NCBI RefSeq assembly: GCF_963921235.1
Contig: NC_086097.1
Coordinates: forward strand, 11,284,001 to 11,348,000
DNA: 64,000 nt
From: Mobula hypostoma
Lineage: Eukaryota
Direction of reading: 5' to 3'
Shown here: positions 11,986 through 24,265 of the stretch, in pieces
Numbering within the stretch: the first letter of the stretch is position 1
How the letters are laid out: each line of letters begins with the position of its first letter
Notes under the pieces: generated by a model
What the model saw: the letters and a program-made list of their open reading frames with translations, nothing else
Databases searched by the model: none
What the model was told of the DNA's origin: nothing
Made by a program: the position numbers and the translations under genes

Positions 11986-14114
11986 TGATGGAGTTTACTA
12001 AGTGTATGATGGTGGAGAACTCAAGAACCGTAGAAATCACTGAGAAGTTCAAGAATTGCATTAGTGAGCAGAGGAGAAGATCAATCCTAAATTCAAAGTC
12101 CTGAAGAAGGATCTCAGCCCAAAACGGCGACTATTTATTCATTTCCATAGATGCTTCCTGCTGAATGCCTCCTGTATTTTGTATGTGTAGCTCAACGCTG
12201 TATCCGAGAAATGGACAATCCAAAGCTGACATCTAAGGGGGACACCTTCAACATCCGGCAGTAATGCAGCTGAGGAAAGAACGGTCAGTACAAGCCTCAG
12301 GTCTAGAAGGATGATGAGAAAGTTCCACATCTGCTCGGACGATGATATATAAGACTTGTAACAGTAAATCCATTCTGCTTGCTGCGGAAATCAACACTGG
12401 AAAAGTGAACTGGGCTGGGAAACTCCACTTCACAAACAAGCTTATGAAAGATGTAATATCAGGTAAAGAAAGCACAACAGGAGGCAGTTCTCCAGTTATT
12501 ATTGTCTCAAAACTAACAAAACAACTCTGTTTATAACAACAATAAAATTAAGCCTCCCTCTGAGCACTCTGCCGATGCCAATTCACCCCCTCGTCCTGTC
12601 AAATCCAGCAACTCCCCCCAGCCACTTCTCTCAACTTCCTCAGAACTATTTTAATGAAAACATCCAATCATCAATCAAAAGGCTCCGTTGATAACTTGAC
12701 AATGTGAGAAAAACTAGTGAGAGCACGTGATCAAGCTGTCTGAAATAGCCACCTGGGGCCATTCACTCATTTAAAATTGGCGTTTCATGCTATCATCTTT
12801 TGGAGTAACTTCAGGACAGAAAGTTTTAACTTTGAACATTGCTATTTTGTTTTCAATCCTGGAATCATTTTTGTGAACCTCCTTTGAACTCTCTCCAATG
12901 TCAGCACATCCTTTCTCATCCAAGGGGCCCAAAAACTGCTCTCTGAAGCAATTCATACTCAAGCTCAAAACGAAGTGGCTAATTGCCAAGTTCCTTGAAT
13001 TTTATTTTGTAAAATTCCCATAATTCCCTGTTTATCAGTGTTGTCCTTCCACATCTGATCATTATGTCCAGGACAACAGGAAGACAATCTAGACTGTATT
13101 TTCTCTTTCAAACTTTGTGGAGCCAATCTTCTTGTCTCAGCTGTTTTCAGCCGATCAGAGTTAAGAAGCCAAGCAGCAAATAAACTGTCCCTTCGGCTAA
13201 CTGGTCTATGGCAACTGAGATTAGTCCCACTTAACCTGTGTTTGTCCCATAACCCTCTAAATTTTTCCTATCCATGTACCTGCCCAAGTATCTTTTAAAT
13301 GTTGATCATGTATCTGCTGCAAGCATTTCCTCTGGTAGCTCGTTGCATATACTGACAACTCTTCTTATGAAAAACACATGAGATTCTACAAATACCACAA
13401 ATCCAAGGTAATACTCACAAAGTACAGGAGAAACTCAGCAGGTCAGGCAGTGTCTATGGAAAGGAATAAAGAGTTGATGTTTTGGGTTGAGAATCTTCAT
13501 CAGAATTGTGTGAAAGTGTTGCCTCTCGGGTTCCTATTTATTCTCTCTCCTCTCACCCTAAACCTAAGCCCTCTAGTTCTTGTTTCCCCCCACCCTGGGA
13601 AAAAGACTCTGCTTGTTGAACCTGTCTATGCCCCTCTTGATTTTGTACATTTCTGTAAGAGAATAACTCATTACCCTGTCATTCTCTCTCTTTCTCTCTC
13701 GATGGTGAATGTGAGTCAAATGGTCCTCGAGTCAGGGGAACGCAGACAAGTGACACAGCATATTGTAACACTAAAAACAGTGAGCTGTTGATCTCCCCTC
13801 CCGCTGGTTGATGCTTTTGCTGGAGGAAGTGGGGGAAGGAGGAGGGGGAAGGTTGATTCTTCTCTTACTGCTTGTAAATGGGAGGGGCAAGGGGGCTTTG
13901 GGGTTCTGATGTTTTCTGCTATTCATTCTTTGGGGTTTTTTCCTGTTTTGTGCATGTCTGTGAAGACTAAGTATTTCAGGTTGTATACTGTTCACATTCT
14001 CTGATATTAAATGGAACCACTAATCCAATGAAAACAATCTCAGCCTGCTCAACTTCTTCCACAACCCAGTCCCTCAAGTCCCAATAGCATCCTTGTAAAT
14101 CTCCTCTGCACCCT

Positions 14115-14415
14115 TAAGAACAGATTAGTTCTATCTGTCACATGTACATCGAAACATCCAGTGAATATGTCACTTGCGTCAAATCAAATCAACGAGAGTT
14201 GTGCTGGACAACCCATAAATTTCACCACACTTCCAGCACCAACATAGTGTGCCCAAAACATACCAACCCTAACCTGTTCATATTTGGAATGTGAGAAGGA
14301 ACTGAAGCACCAGAGGAAACCCACAGGGTCATGTGAAGAATGTACAAACTTATCGCGGCAGCAGGAATCTTACAGGTAACACTACAATAGCTTTATGCTC
14401 ACCGCTACACTACCA
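14115..14415 (-). mobile_element. tRNA-derived SINE (V-SINE/HE1-type)
   Basis: Reverse-complement core gaggaaacccaca...tgtacaaact and A-box accgctacactacca. Confidence 0.65.
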
Positions 14416-15032
14416 GATGTAAAGCCTTACAGCTTAATAACCCCTTTCCTAATGCAAAGCCAAGATGTTCTTATGACTCAAAACTGTTTGTGAAACATGA
14501 ACTATGGAACAGCAAAAAAAATCCTTTCATTATTGTTGTCTTTGTGGAACTTTAGGATTAATTTGTTCACAAAAGATCTTGCTAGTTACATTAATGCTTG
14601 AAATGCCTGACCTAAAGGAGAAAACATATTCAATTTATATTGCTTTTCATGACTTCAGGATGCACTAAAACCATTAACTGGTTTACCATTGGAGTTTTTC
14701 ACTACTGCATACGATAGTCATTTTGTCCATGGAAAATCGTGACAACCAAACTGTGATGATTGTTGAATTATTAATACTGATGATGTTATAACAAGGAAGA
14801 ACATTGATCCAGAAGCAGCCTAAAAATCACTCACTTTTCATTTCACTGAGATCCTACTGAACAGGCAGAGGAGGCACTGGCAGATTCTGATTGACAACAG
14901 CTGCAGAAGCTAACCGTATATTGTAAAGGCCAGGATCAGGTTTAATATCACTGGCACATTATGAAATTTGTTGTTATGCAGCAGCAGTAAATTGTAATAC
15001 ATAATAATAAAAACTGCAAATTACAGTATATA

Positions 15033-15626
15033 CGTAAGGGTTTCTCTTTTATGTTAACTGCTAAGGATAATAAAGTGGCTTCTCTGTAGTGTTAACTGCT
15101 GAGGTAATGGGTTCTCTGTAGCAGTATGTTTGGGTTATAGGTAGAGATAACGGGACTTTGGAAATCAGTTACTAACCAATGGGCGAGATGTTATTCTTTC
15201 TTGTTTGTGTGAAAGCTGTTGGTTTTCGTGGGCTTTGGGCAGAAGGCGCGAGGGGAATGAAGAGAGGAGATGAGGAGTTGGTGGGCTGTCCAACCCTCTG
15301 GGCTCCGGCGGGAGCCGAGAGTCGATGACCATCAAAGGAAGAATCAGCGAAGGAAAACAGTGAGCTCCAATGAATTATGCATGAACTAATTAAATAAATT
15401 CTTGGTGCCTTTTATTTTATAGTTTGTTCCCTACTAGTCTCATAGTCCAAGTGTTATAAAATCTTATTTGTTTAACTGCATATTGTGTACTGTTTGTTAT
15501 TTCGGGGTACTGATTGACACAGGGAACACTTCACACAGCATCCACCTAAACAGGAGTTCTAAAGTTTGGCCGGGCAGGGGGGTTACCACCCCTGAGATCA
15601 TGCCACTGGGCAAAGCGAGTGTTACA
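15033..15626. mobile_element. Solo LTR inserted in the TA-rich tail of a minus-strand Rex LINE (14930-15830)
   Basis: Ends (c/t)gtaa...ttaca with tata on both sides. The host LINE tail resumes after 15630. Confidence 0.6.
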
Positions 15627-16048
15627 TATATATAGTTTAAAAAGTTGTTAAATAGGTAGTGCAAAAAGAGAAAAATAAAGGTAGTGAGGTAGTGTTCATG
15701 TGTTCAATGTCCACTCAGAAATCTCTTTGCCAAGGTGTAGAAGCTGTTCCTGAATTGCTGAGTGTGAGCTGTCAGGCTCCTGTACTTCCTTCCTGATGGT
15801 AGCAATGAGAAGAGGGGCATGTCTTGGCCAGTAGCTTAAACTTATTTAAAAGCACATGTTAAAAAAAAGAGCTAAGTCAATTAGGTTAAGGGATCATACA
15901 ATCAAATGCTGAGCAAACATACAAGGAGATCAGAATACACAGAAAAGATACATTCCAATGAGGAAGAAAAACTTTAAAGAGAAGACCTATCATTCATGTT
16001 CAATTAAAAATCAATTAAAGGAAATCCATATAAGATTTTACAAAGACA

Positions 16049-16588
16049 TGAGGGGTGATTAATAAGTTCGTGGCCCAGGGTAGAAGGAGTCAGTTTTAGA
16101 AAACCTAGCACATCTATTTTTCAACATAGTCCCCGCCTACATTTACACACTTAGTCCAGCAGTTGTGGAACATATAGATGTTGGACCTCCAGATAGTGTC
16201 CACAGCGGGGATGATTGATAAGTTTGTGTCCTAAGGTAGAAGGAGATGGCCTTCTACCTTAGGCGAACTTAGAAATCACCCCTGATGCGTTATTAACTTC
16301 AAATTTTCTGCATAATCATTCAAAGAGTTGAACTGCATGTGCATGTAACGAGAGCAGTATAACTCATCTCCTTCTACCTTAGGCCACGAACTTATCAATC
16401 ACCCCTGCTGTGGACCACTTTCTGGAGGTCCAAGATGCCGACTTCTATAAAGAAGGAATCCGTATGCTCCACGACCACTGGACTAAGTATGTAAATGTAG
16501 GAGGGGACTATGTTGAAAAATAAATGTGCTACGTTTTCTAAAATTAACTCCTTCTACCTTAGGCCACGAACTTATCAATCACCCCTCG
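16049..16588. mobile_element. Fold-back non-autonomous mariner derivative
   Basis: TIR (t/c)gaggggtgatt.ataagttcgtggcc and TA on the right. Encodes the mariner transposase C-terminus FYKEGIRMLHDHWTKYVNVGGDYVEK* (16443-16523). Confidence 0.85.
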
Positions 16589-17122
16589 TAGTAGCAGCTC
16601 AGAAGATTGGATGGAGTAAAAGTGAGCAATTGTTAAAATTAACAAGAAAAGAAAAACAAGAGGCCAAGATAAAGCTACCAAGAAAAAGAACAAAAAATGC
16701 AAGAATTCCTTTACATATTTTATGAGTTAACAAAGTGAGGGTTAGTCCATTAGAAAGAAAGTATCCAGAATGATGAAAAGCAAGGGAGTGACATATGGTC
16801 CTAAACTACTGTGCATCCTGGTAAGGAGATTTATTCCAGAAAGAGCTATAATTCGGGAGTAACCCAGGGAAACACAATCACTGGGGCAGTGGTACAGAGC
16901 AAATGTTTGGAGCTGTGGTCTGACAAGTTTTCAGACCACAGCGCACTTCATCCTTCATCTCAAAGGAGTAGTTAGTGCAACAGTTGATAACCAGGTTTTC
17001 ATTCCCTCGACTCGGATAAGGTTTCATTCAATTGCCAAACAGACAGAAAGCAGGAAACTATAGGCCAGTCAAGTTAAGTCCATGGCAGGGGAAATATTCA
17101 AAACCCTGATTAAATTTGCTTA

Positions 17123-17682
17123 GGGCGACATGGTAGTGTAGCATTTAGCACGATGCTATAAACAGATCAAGACATCAGAGTTGGAGTTCAATTCCAGATT
17201 TGTCTGTAAGCCGTTAGTACGTTCTCCCATTGACTATAGGGGATTCCTCCAGGTGCTCCTGTTTTCTCCCACAGTCCAAAGGTGTACCAGCTAATAAACT
17301 GTCCTAAGGATATTTATTTTTTGAGATACAATCTGAACAGGCCCTCTGCCCCTTCAAGCCTTGCTACCCAGCAACCCTCAATTTTAACCCTAACCTTATC
17401 ATGGGACAATTTATAATGACCAGTTAACCTACCAACTGGTACATCTTTGGACTGTGAAGGAAACTGGAGCACCCAGAGGAAATTCACAGGGTTCACAGGG
17501 AGAATGTACAAACTCCTTACAGACAACGGCAGGAAGTGAACCAGGGTCGCCGGTACTGTAAAGTGTTGTGCGAACCATTGCGTTACCATGCCACCCACTA
17601 GTGTTAAATAGGTGGGTCGCTGGATGGCACAGCTCGTTGGGCCGGAAGGGTCTGTTCTGCCCTGTATCTCCAAACAAAATGA
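17123..17682. mobile_element. Plus-strand V-SINE (17123-17300 and 17597-17682) with a minus-strand V-SINE (~17315-17595) nested inside
   Basis: Two A/B-box heads in opposite orientation. The 3' part of the plus copy resumes after the minus copy. Confidence 0.7.
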
Positions 17683-17962
17683 AGCAAATAAAAGTAAAGA
17701 CATTATGGCACCGCACTTGGATAAATTCAAGTCAACCACTAAAGTCTAAAAGGTTTTGAGAGAGGGTAACGGTGTTTGAGCAATTTATTGGAGTTCCCTG
17801 AAGAAATAATAAGGTTTGTGGATAAAGAGGAATTGAAGATGCACAATACAATTCTTTGATTTTCAGGTGGCATTTGAGAAGGTGCTGTACAAAAATAAAA
17901 ACCCCTGCAATTGGAGTAACTAAATTGGTGAAGGTAAAAGACTGGCTACTAACGGGATTGTG

Positions 17963-18360
17963 TGGTGGGGTGCAGATACATCTCTACCAAAGGAGGTGCT
18001 AGACATACTTCTCTCCACTAGCCTACAGGTCATCCTTGGGCAAGGTGTAGAACCTGCTTAAACCGCCCCCCGCCCCCGATCAGGCTCACATGAAGCCATG
18101 GGCCAGGTGGTGGATGGTCATATGAGCAGCTGGTGCATATCACAAGTCCTGGTTATGTCACCACTGACACCAGGCGGATAATTTCTTAAAAGTATTGATA
18201 ATGGCTGGGGTCACCCATCTTGTAAAGACACCGCCCAGAAGAAGACAATGGCAAACCACTTCTGTGGAAAAAATTGCCAAGAACAGTCATGGTACAGATG
18301 AAGGACCATGATCACCCATGTCACATGACATGGCATATTCTGATGAAGAGGATGATGATA
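17963..18360 (+). mobile_element. RTE-related short retroelement
   Basis: RTE-type 3' motif gaagaagacaatggcaaaccactt and a (gat)n tail. Confidence 0.5.
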
Positions 18361-18389
18361 ACTAGCAGGAAAATGAGGCTGGCAAGATG

Positions 18390-19505
18390 TAATAAGTGGT
18401 GAGAAGCAGAGTGAAACAAGGTTTTGTCTTGGCAGTGACCCTCTTTGGAATCTTCTCCATGCTCCTTCACAATGCTTTCGCAGACCGCACTGAAAGCATC
18501 TACCTTCGCATTAGAGATGATGGCAAGGTGTTCAACATCGCTTGTTTGCACTCCAAAACCAAAGATAGGACAGCCCTCATCCACAACTTGCTGTTCACAG
18601 ATGATGCAGCATTGACGTCACACACTGAAGGTGGACTCCAACAACTGATTAATCACTTCACCCCTGCCTACAAGGTGTTTGGGTTAACCATCAGTCTGAA
18701 GACGACAAACGCCATGGCCCAGGGTGCAAAATCTCCCCATCACCATTGATGGTTGCTCTCTTGATGTAGTCAACTCCTTGGATCAACCATCCCCAGCTCC
18801 CTGTCCCTCAAAGCAGAGGTGAACAGCAGGATTGCCAAAGATGCAGCTGTCATGGCCAGATTGAACAAGAGAGTGTGGAACAGCAGACAGCTGACAAAGA
18901 AGACCAAGCTGTGTGTGCACCAGGCATGTGGGCTCGGCTAAACTCCTTCTACTTACGCTGCTTCGGGTGCATCTTGCACAACTCCTGGCGGGGCAGAATC
19001 ACCAACACAGAGGTTGTGCAGCATCCATCCACTACTCAGCCACAGACCCCTCAGATGGTTGGGGCATGTCAATCTAATGGATTGGGGATGGATTCCCAAA
19101 GACATGCTGCATGGCGATCTGACCGAGGGTCACCGCCCACGAGGAAGACCATGGCTCCGCTACAGGGATGTCTGCAAGCATGTTATGAAGCTGGCAGCAT
19201 TGACCTCAACACATGGGAGGAAACAGCTGGAGGCCAGACAACAGGAGAGCCGCAGTCAAAAGTGGTGTACAACGTGCTGAGATAGCAAGGACCAACATGC
19301 TCATCAACATGACAGCCAGAAGAAAAGCCAGAGCTGCATCACCCAGAGCCCCTTCCTCCGTCACCTGCAGCCGCTGTGAGAAAGACTGTCACTCTGGAGT
19401 GGGGCTGGACAGCCACTCCAGAAAGTGCGAATAGCCCCAAGTCTACAACCCCAAGAACCATCAGAAACAGTGTCACACCATCGTCTCTCGAGATCTACAG
19501 ATGCT
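18390..19505 (+). mobile_element. RTE-clade LINE, decayed RT and C-terminal zinc-finger-like end
   Basis: VKQG.VLA.TLFGIF, LLFTDDAAL, FGLTISLK.T, LRWLGHV, R.RGRP.LRY.DVCK and C..C...CHS..GL.SH in ORFs 18396..19434. Confidence 0.88.
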
Positions 19506-21059
19506 GATAATACCAACTAAGGTCAGTGCTGGAGTTTCAATCTTTATTCTACAATTTATATAAATGATTTGGATGAATGCACCAAAGACATGATTACTAA
19601 ATTTGCTGATGACACATAGATAGATCGGAAATTAAATTGTGAAGAGGACATCAGGAAACCTTGAAGGGATCTAACTAGGTTAAGTGACTGTGCTAAGATC
19701 TGTCAGATTGAGTAAAATGTGTGAAATGTGATATTGTACACATTGCCATGAAAAATTTTAAAAGCATATGATTTAAGTGGTAAGAGATTGTGGGTCCCTG
19801 AGATGCAGAGGGGTCTGGATGTCAAGTATGATTTATAAAGTGATAGTATGCAAGTACATCAAGTAATTCAGAAAACTTAAAGAATGTCACCGTTAATTGC
19901 AATGCAAATTGAATACAGGAGTACAGTACTGGCATGTTAAATGAGACATTGTATGATCACACCTGGAGTACTGTGTGCTGTAGTGGATTTCTGACCTAAG
20001 GGAGAGTGTTGTTATGTTGAAAGTAGTGCAGAGGTAGTTTACTAGACCAAAACCTCAAATGTGTGGGTTTGTCTTACAAGGCAAGGCTGGATAAACTAGG
20101 CTTGTGCAATCTCAACTGGAAGGGTGATTCACTGAATGATAAAAAATACTGAGGTGTGTTGACAGGGTGATTGTTGAAAGAATATTTATTTCTGTGGCAG
20201 AATCAGAACTAGGTATCAGTCTTCAGAAAAGGAGCTTTGCCCATTTAAGACAGAGATGAGGCACAGTTGTTCGGGATAATGTGACTCACCCCAATACTAA
20301 ACTGTTCCCACAACATATGGACTCACTTTCAAGGACGCTTCATCCATGTTCTCGATATTTGTTGCTTACTTATTTATTATTGTTGTTATTTTGTTTTTTT
20401 TTGTTGTTTCTTTGCATTTACTTTGAATGCCTGCAAGAAAATGAATCTCAGGGTTCTACATGGTGACATACAGTATAAGTAATTTGATAATACATTTACT
20501 TTGAACATTGAACATGGAGGATTTTCCACTCTCAGAGTGTCATGAGTCTTTGAAACTCCTTTCCTCAAAGAGTGGCAAAGGAAGAGTCATCGAATACTTA
20601 TAAGCCAGAGGCACATAAATACTGGACAAGCAAAACAGAGAAAGGTTATGTAGGTAGAGAGGATTGTGGAGTTGGCATTACTATAAGATAAGCCATAATC
20701 TTATTAAATGATAAAACAGGATTGAAGGGGCTGCATTGCCAAATCTTGATTTTAGTTCAGATATTCATAAAGATGACATTAATTGACACAGGTTGCAAGA
20801 ACCAAATTCCACAGCCCGGGACCTTTTCAGGAGATATTCAGCTAAAGACAAAACACCTCATATTTACATCTGCACGAGTGGTCCACACCACCATGGATGT
20901 GAGGATAAAAATCACCAAAGTAACACCCAAGTCTGCACTGAACCTCACGGGCAGGCTAAATGTATGGAGGAGCTAGAAGACAAATCGCAGATTTTGTGAG
21001 ATCCATGTGGAAAGCATATGGTCTGTTTTAATAGTGAGTGAGTGAATTCTATTGTATTT

Positions 21060-21360
21060 TATTTTATTTGGAGAAATAATACGGAACAGGCCCTTCGGCC
21101 CTAATGAGCTTCACCGCTCAGCAACCAACCTCTTTAACCCTAGCCTAATCATGGGATAATTTACAATAACTAATTAACCTACTAACCAGTACATCTTTGG
21201 ACTGTGGAAGGAAATTGGTGCACCCAGAAGAAACCCACATGGTCACAGGAAGAACGTACAAACTCATTACTGTCGTCGCCGGAATTGAACTCCAAACTCC
21301 GACATCCCCAGCTGTAATAGCATCCCACTAACCGCTAACCATGACGCTACCTTGGTGCCC
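21060..21360 (-). mobile_element. tRNA-derived SINE (V-SINE/HE1-type)
   Basis: Same family as 17315-17595. Confidence 0.75.
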
Positions 21361-22693
21361 GAGTTTATCTAGCAGCAGACATATATTTTGCCCTTGTCGA
21401 ATTTCCATACCACTAGCTTTAACTCTGGAGTAGCAACAGAAACATTCAAACATTTAAGCTATTCCTACAAATTTCTGGAGAAGCAAAAGACCCCTATTGT
21501 CCAATTTCGAGAAAAACTTTGGAAAATTTTTCCAGGTTCACTAAATCAATGGAGCTAACTTGTGTGTTAGCTATTGACTGTAATCCTATGCTCCCCTAAT
21601 AATCTGCCTTTTCCTTCCTTCTCAGGGAACCTTAAAGAAAAATATCTCACTGAAACATATTTTGCAACATTTTCTTTACAGCCTGGCTATTTAAAAGTTT
21701 GTTTAGATGATATAATGATATATTAGCACAGTGTTTTTGTTTTCTTTCGGGAGGGGGTAGGGGTAAACCAGACTTTCCAGTCTTGGGCATTAATTGGAAA
21801 AAACAGGTTTTGAATAATTATTTTTGTGCACTAAATTACCACTCTAGAACTAATTACAGACATCTAATTTGCATTAAACTGGTACATGTGGAATATTTTG
21901 TTTTTGCGTGCAACAATCTACTCAGATTTACAGCCTATTTTCAGTATACTAACTTCTGAAAGCAGGGCAGGTGAGGCAAACATTACAGACAAAATCGGAT
22001 CAGAGATTGATAAATAGTTATCAATTCTAAATGTCACCACGTTACTCATCTATACGACCTATGTGTTTGTGCAAGAATTTGGATTATATAGAATCTCCTG
22101 TTGAATGAGAAGGTGCTTCATTTTAGTCGTGTAACCCCCTAGACACTTAAAAACCTTATATGCTGCTGTTATTTCCTGGGAGTAGTTTTAGTAGTCTTTG
22201 GCATCAGCAGGGGTACTCCTCTGCCTGGGGTGCTGGCTCATTAAACCATTCGCTCTACTCTAAACAGAGCCCATTTAATTAAACATAAAAATAAGAAGCT
22301 GCAAATGTTGCAATTTAAAATAACCAATAAGTGCTTGAAATACAGAGCATTGAGCTGTTACTTCAGATGTAAAACCTTCTCTGGGCACTTATCATCTTGT
22401 GCTACTTATAGCCACGTTATCAGCCCAGAACTTGTTGGGGCATTGATTCAATTTTCACCCTCATTCTTAAATTTCCTTTTCAACTGCTCCCATTATCAAT
22501 GCATCAGAGGGACTGCAGCTCTTTTAGGGTGTGACCTTTCAGTTGAAGTTAAACAGAAGCATGATCAGGACAACAAGAAATATCCCATGACACCTTTTAG
22601 AAAAGTAGTGAGCAATTGTTTCAGGACACTAGCGTAATACATGCAATTCACACACTAATAAATATTACCTAGTTCCTTAAGGTTGTTACAGCC

Positions 22694-22840
22694 GGGCTGG
22701 TGATAGGGACAAGCTCTCACTACCTATTCAATGCTCCCAATGGCGTGCGTCTCAAATAGCCTCTGCAATTAAGTCCACCTCCTGGCCTTCAAGTGTGGCT
22801 TAGCTACTAAGCCTGACAGAATTGTTTCTACTGACAGGAG
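22694..22840 (+). ncRNA. Candidate HDV-like self-cleaving ribozyme
   Basis: P1 GGGCU(22694-98)/AGCCU(22810-14) with a G-U at position 1; P2 CUCCUG(22779-84)/CAGGAG(22835-40); P3 GCC/GGC; L3 UUCAAGUGU; P1.1 UC/GA; P4 AGAA/UUCU; J4/2 CUGA. There are 10 extra nt between P3 and the P1 core. Confidence 0.5.
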
Positions 22841-23245
22841 AAGGGGCAAAGGCAGGTTGCTGGCACCTTAAAACCAGCCACTTCAGGCAGATGGGACTCA
22901 TCAGCCATGGTTGGCAGCTCATCGAGGAGAAGGAAAACTCTGATCTCAAACCTCTGCTGCCTTGAGGCTATACCCACTCATGGGGAAGGCTTTGGGAGTA
23001 AACGGTGAGGGAAAAATCCAGAACTGGAGTCCCTAAGGCAGTCCTACATTGAGTTGAATGTTGACTAGAAACTCCTGCAACACTGCTGGTACCAAACTGT
23101 ATTACTCTCTGCTGTTCGTTTGGGCTCATCAGATGCATGGAGAGGAGGAGCTTGCTACATGGGCAACAGCTTCCTCCCCATATCATAATGCCCAGGCTTG
23201 TGTATCTAAACAGCTAGGATGCATTATCCACAGAGAACTCTGACC
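22694..23245 (+). mobile_element. Short non-autonomous retroelement, probably RTE-related, with an HDV-like fold at its 5' end
   Basis: GC-richer block set in AT-rich flanks. The 5' 150 nt fit an HDV-like nested pseudoknot. Family assignment is inferred. Confidence 0.5.
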
Positions 23246-23649
23246 AATGGAGGCTCTCAAATATAAACTATGTAGTTGATAGTAGTTCTCCTCCAATTCA
23301 GCAGGTCATAATGTTTTGAGAGGATTATCCTGTGTGTTACTGTTCTTATTTTAGTCAGCCACCATCAATGGTTAAATGGTTCAATTTAATGTCAGAGAAT
23401 GTATACTGTATACAACCTGAAATTCTTACACTTTGCAGACATCCCTCAAACAAAAAAAACTCAAAGAATGAATGACAGAAAAATGTTAGAATCCCAAAGT
23501 CCCTGACACAGCAACAAAAGCATCAGCCCTCTCCCCACTTGCTCCGGAAAAGGCATCAGTCCCACCACCACCCACCATGCAAGCAATAGCGAGCCCCCAG
23601 AGACTATGATCTAGAGTCCATCAAAAACTACTGTCCAACCCAACACTTT

Positions 23650-24265
23650 TTTTAGATTAGATTATGAGGACACACAGTCCTCTTTTATTGTCATTTAGTA
23701 ATGCATGCATTAAGAAATGATACAATGTCCCTCCAGTGTGATATCACAGAAACAGAAGACAGGCCAAGACTGAAAAACTGACAAAAACCACATAATTATA
23801 ACACATAGTTACAACAGTGCAAGCAATACCGTAATTTGATAGAAGAACAGACCATGGGCACGGTAAAAAAAAGTCTCAAAGTCTCTCGAAAGTCCCAACA
23901 TCTCACGCAGACGGTATAAGGAAGAAAACTCTCCCTGCCATGAGCTTCCAGCGCCGCAAACTTGCTGATGCAGCATCCTGGAGGCACCCAACCACAGTCC
24001 AACTCTCAGTCCGTCCGAAAACTTCGAGTCTCCGACCAGTCCTCCGACACCGAGCACCGAGCACCATCTCTGCCGAGTGCTTCAACCCCAGCCCCCGGCC
24101 GCCGGCAACAGGCAAAGCCGAGGATTTAGGGCCTACTCTCCGGAGATTCTCGATCACACAGTAGCAGCAGCAGCGAACCAGGCATTTCAGAAGTTTCTCC
24201 AGATGTTCCTCCGAGCTTCTCACGTCCGTCTCTGTCAAATCAGGATTATGCACGGCCCCTATTTC
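23650..24265 (-). mobile_element. Unclassified young CpG-rich retroposed repeat with an (atcta)n-like tail
   Basis: Sharp GC/CpG-rich insertion. Its 5' part (aaataggggccgtg...tgatttga...ggacgtga) recurs on the + strand at 63955-64000. Confidence 0.6.

Larger units (their letters stand above)
16640..20740 (+). mobile_element. Old CR1 ORF2 and 3' end broken into pieces (~16640-17110, 17690-17950, 19515-20270, 20520-20740) by younger insertions
   Basis: Successive motifs GNYRPV, LLEF.E, DFQ.AF.KV, IYINDLD...KFADDT, HLEYCV and F..RV... Confidence 0.7.
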
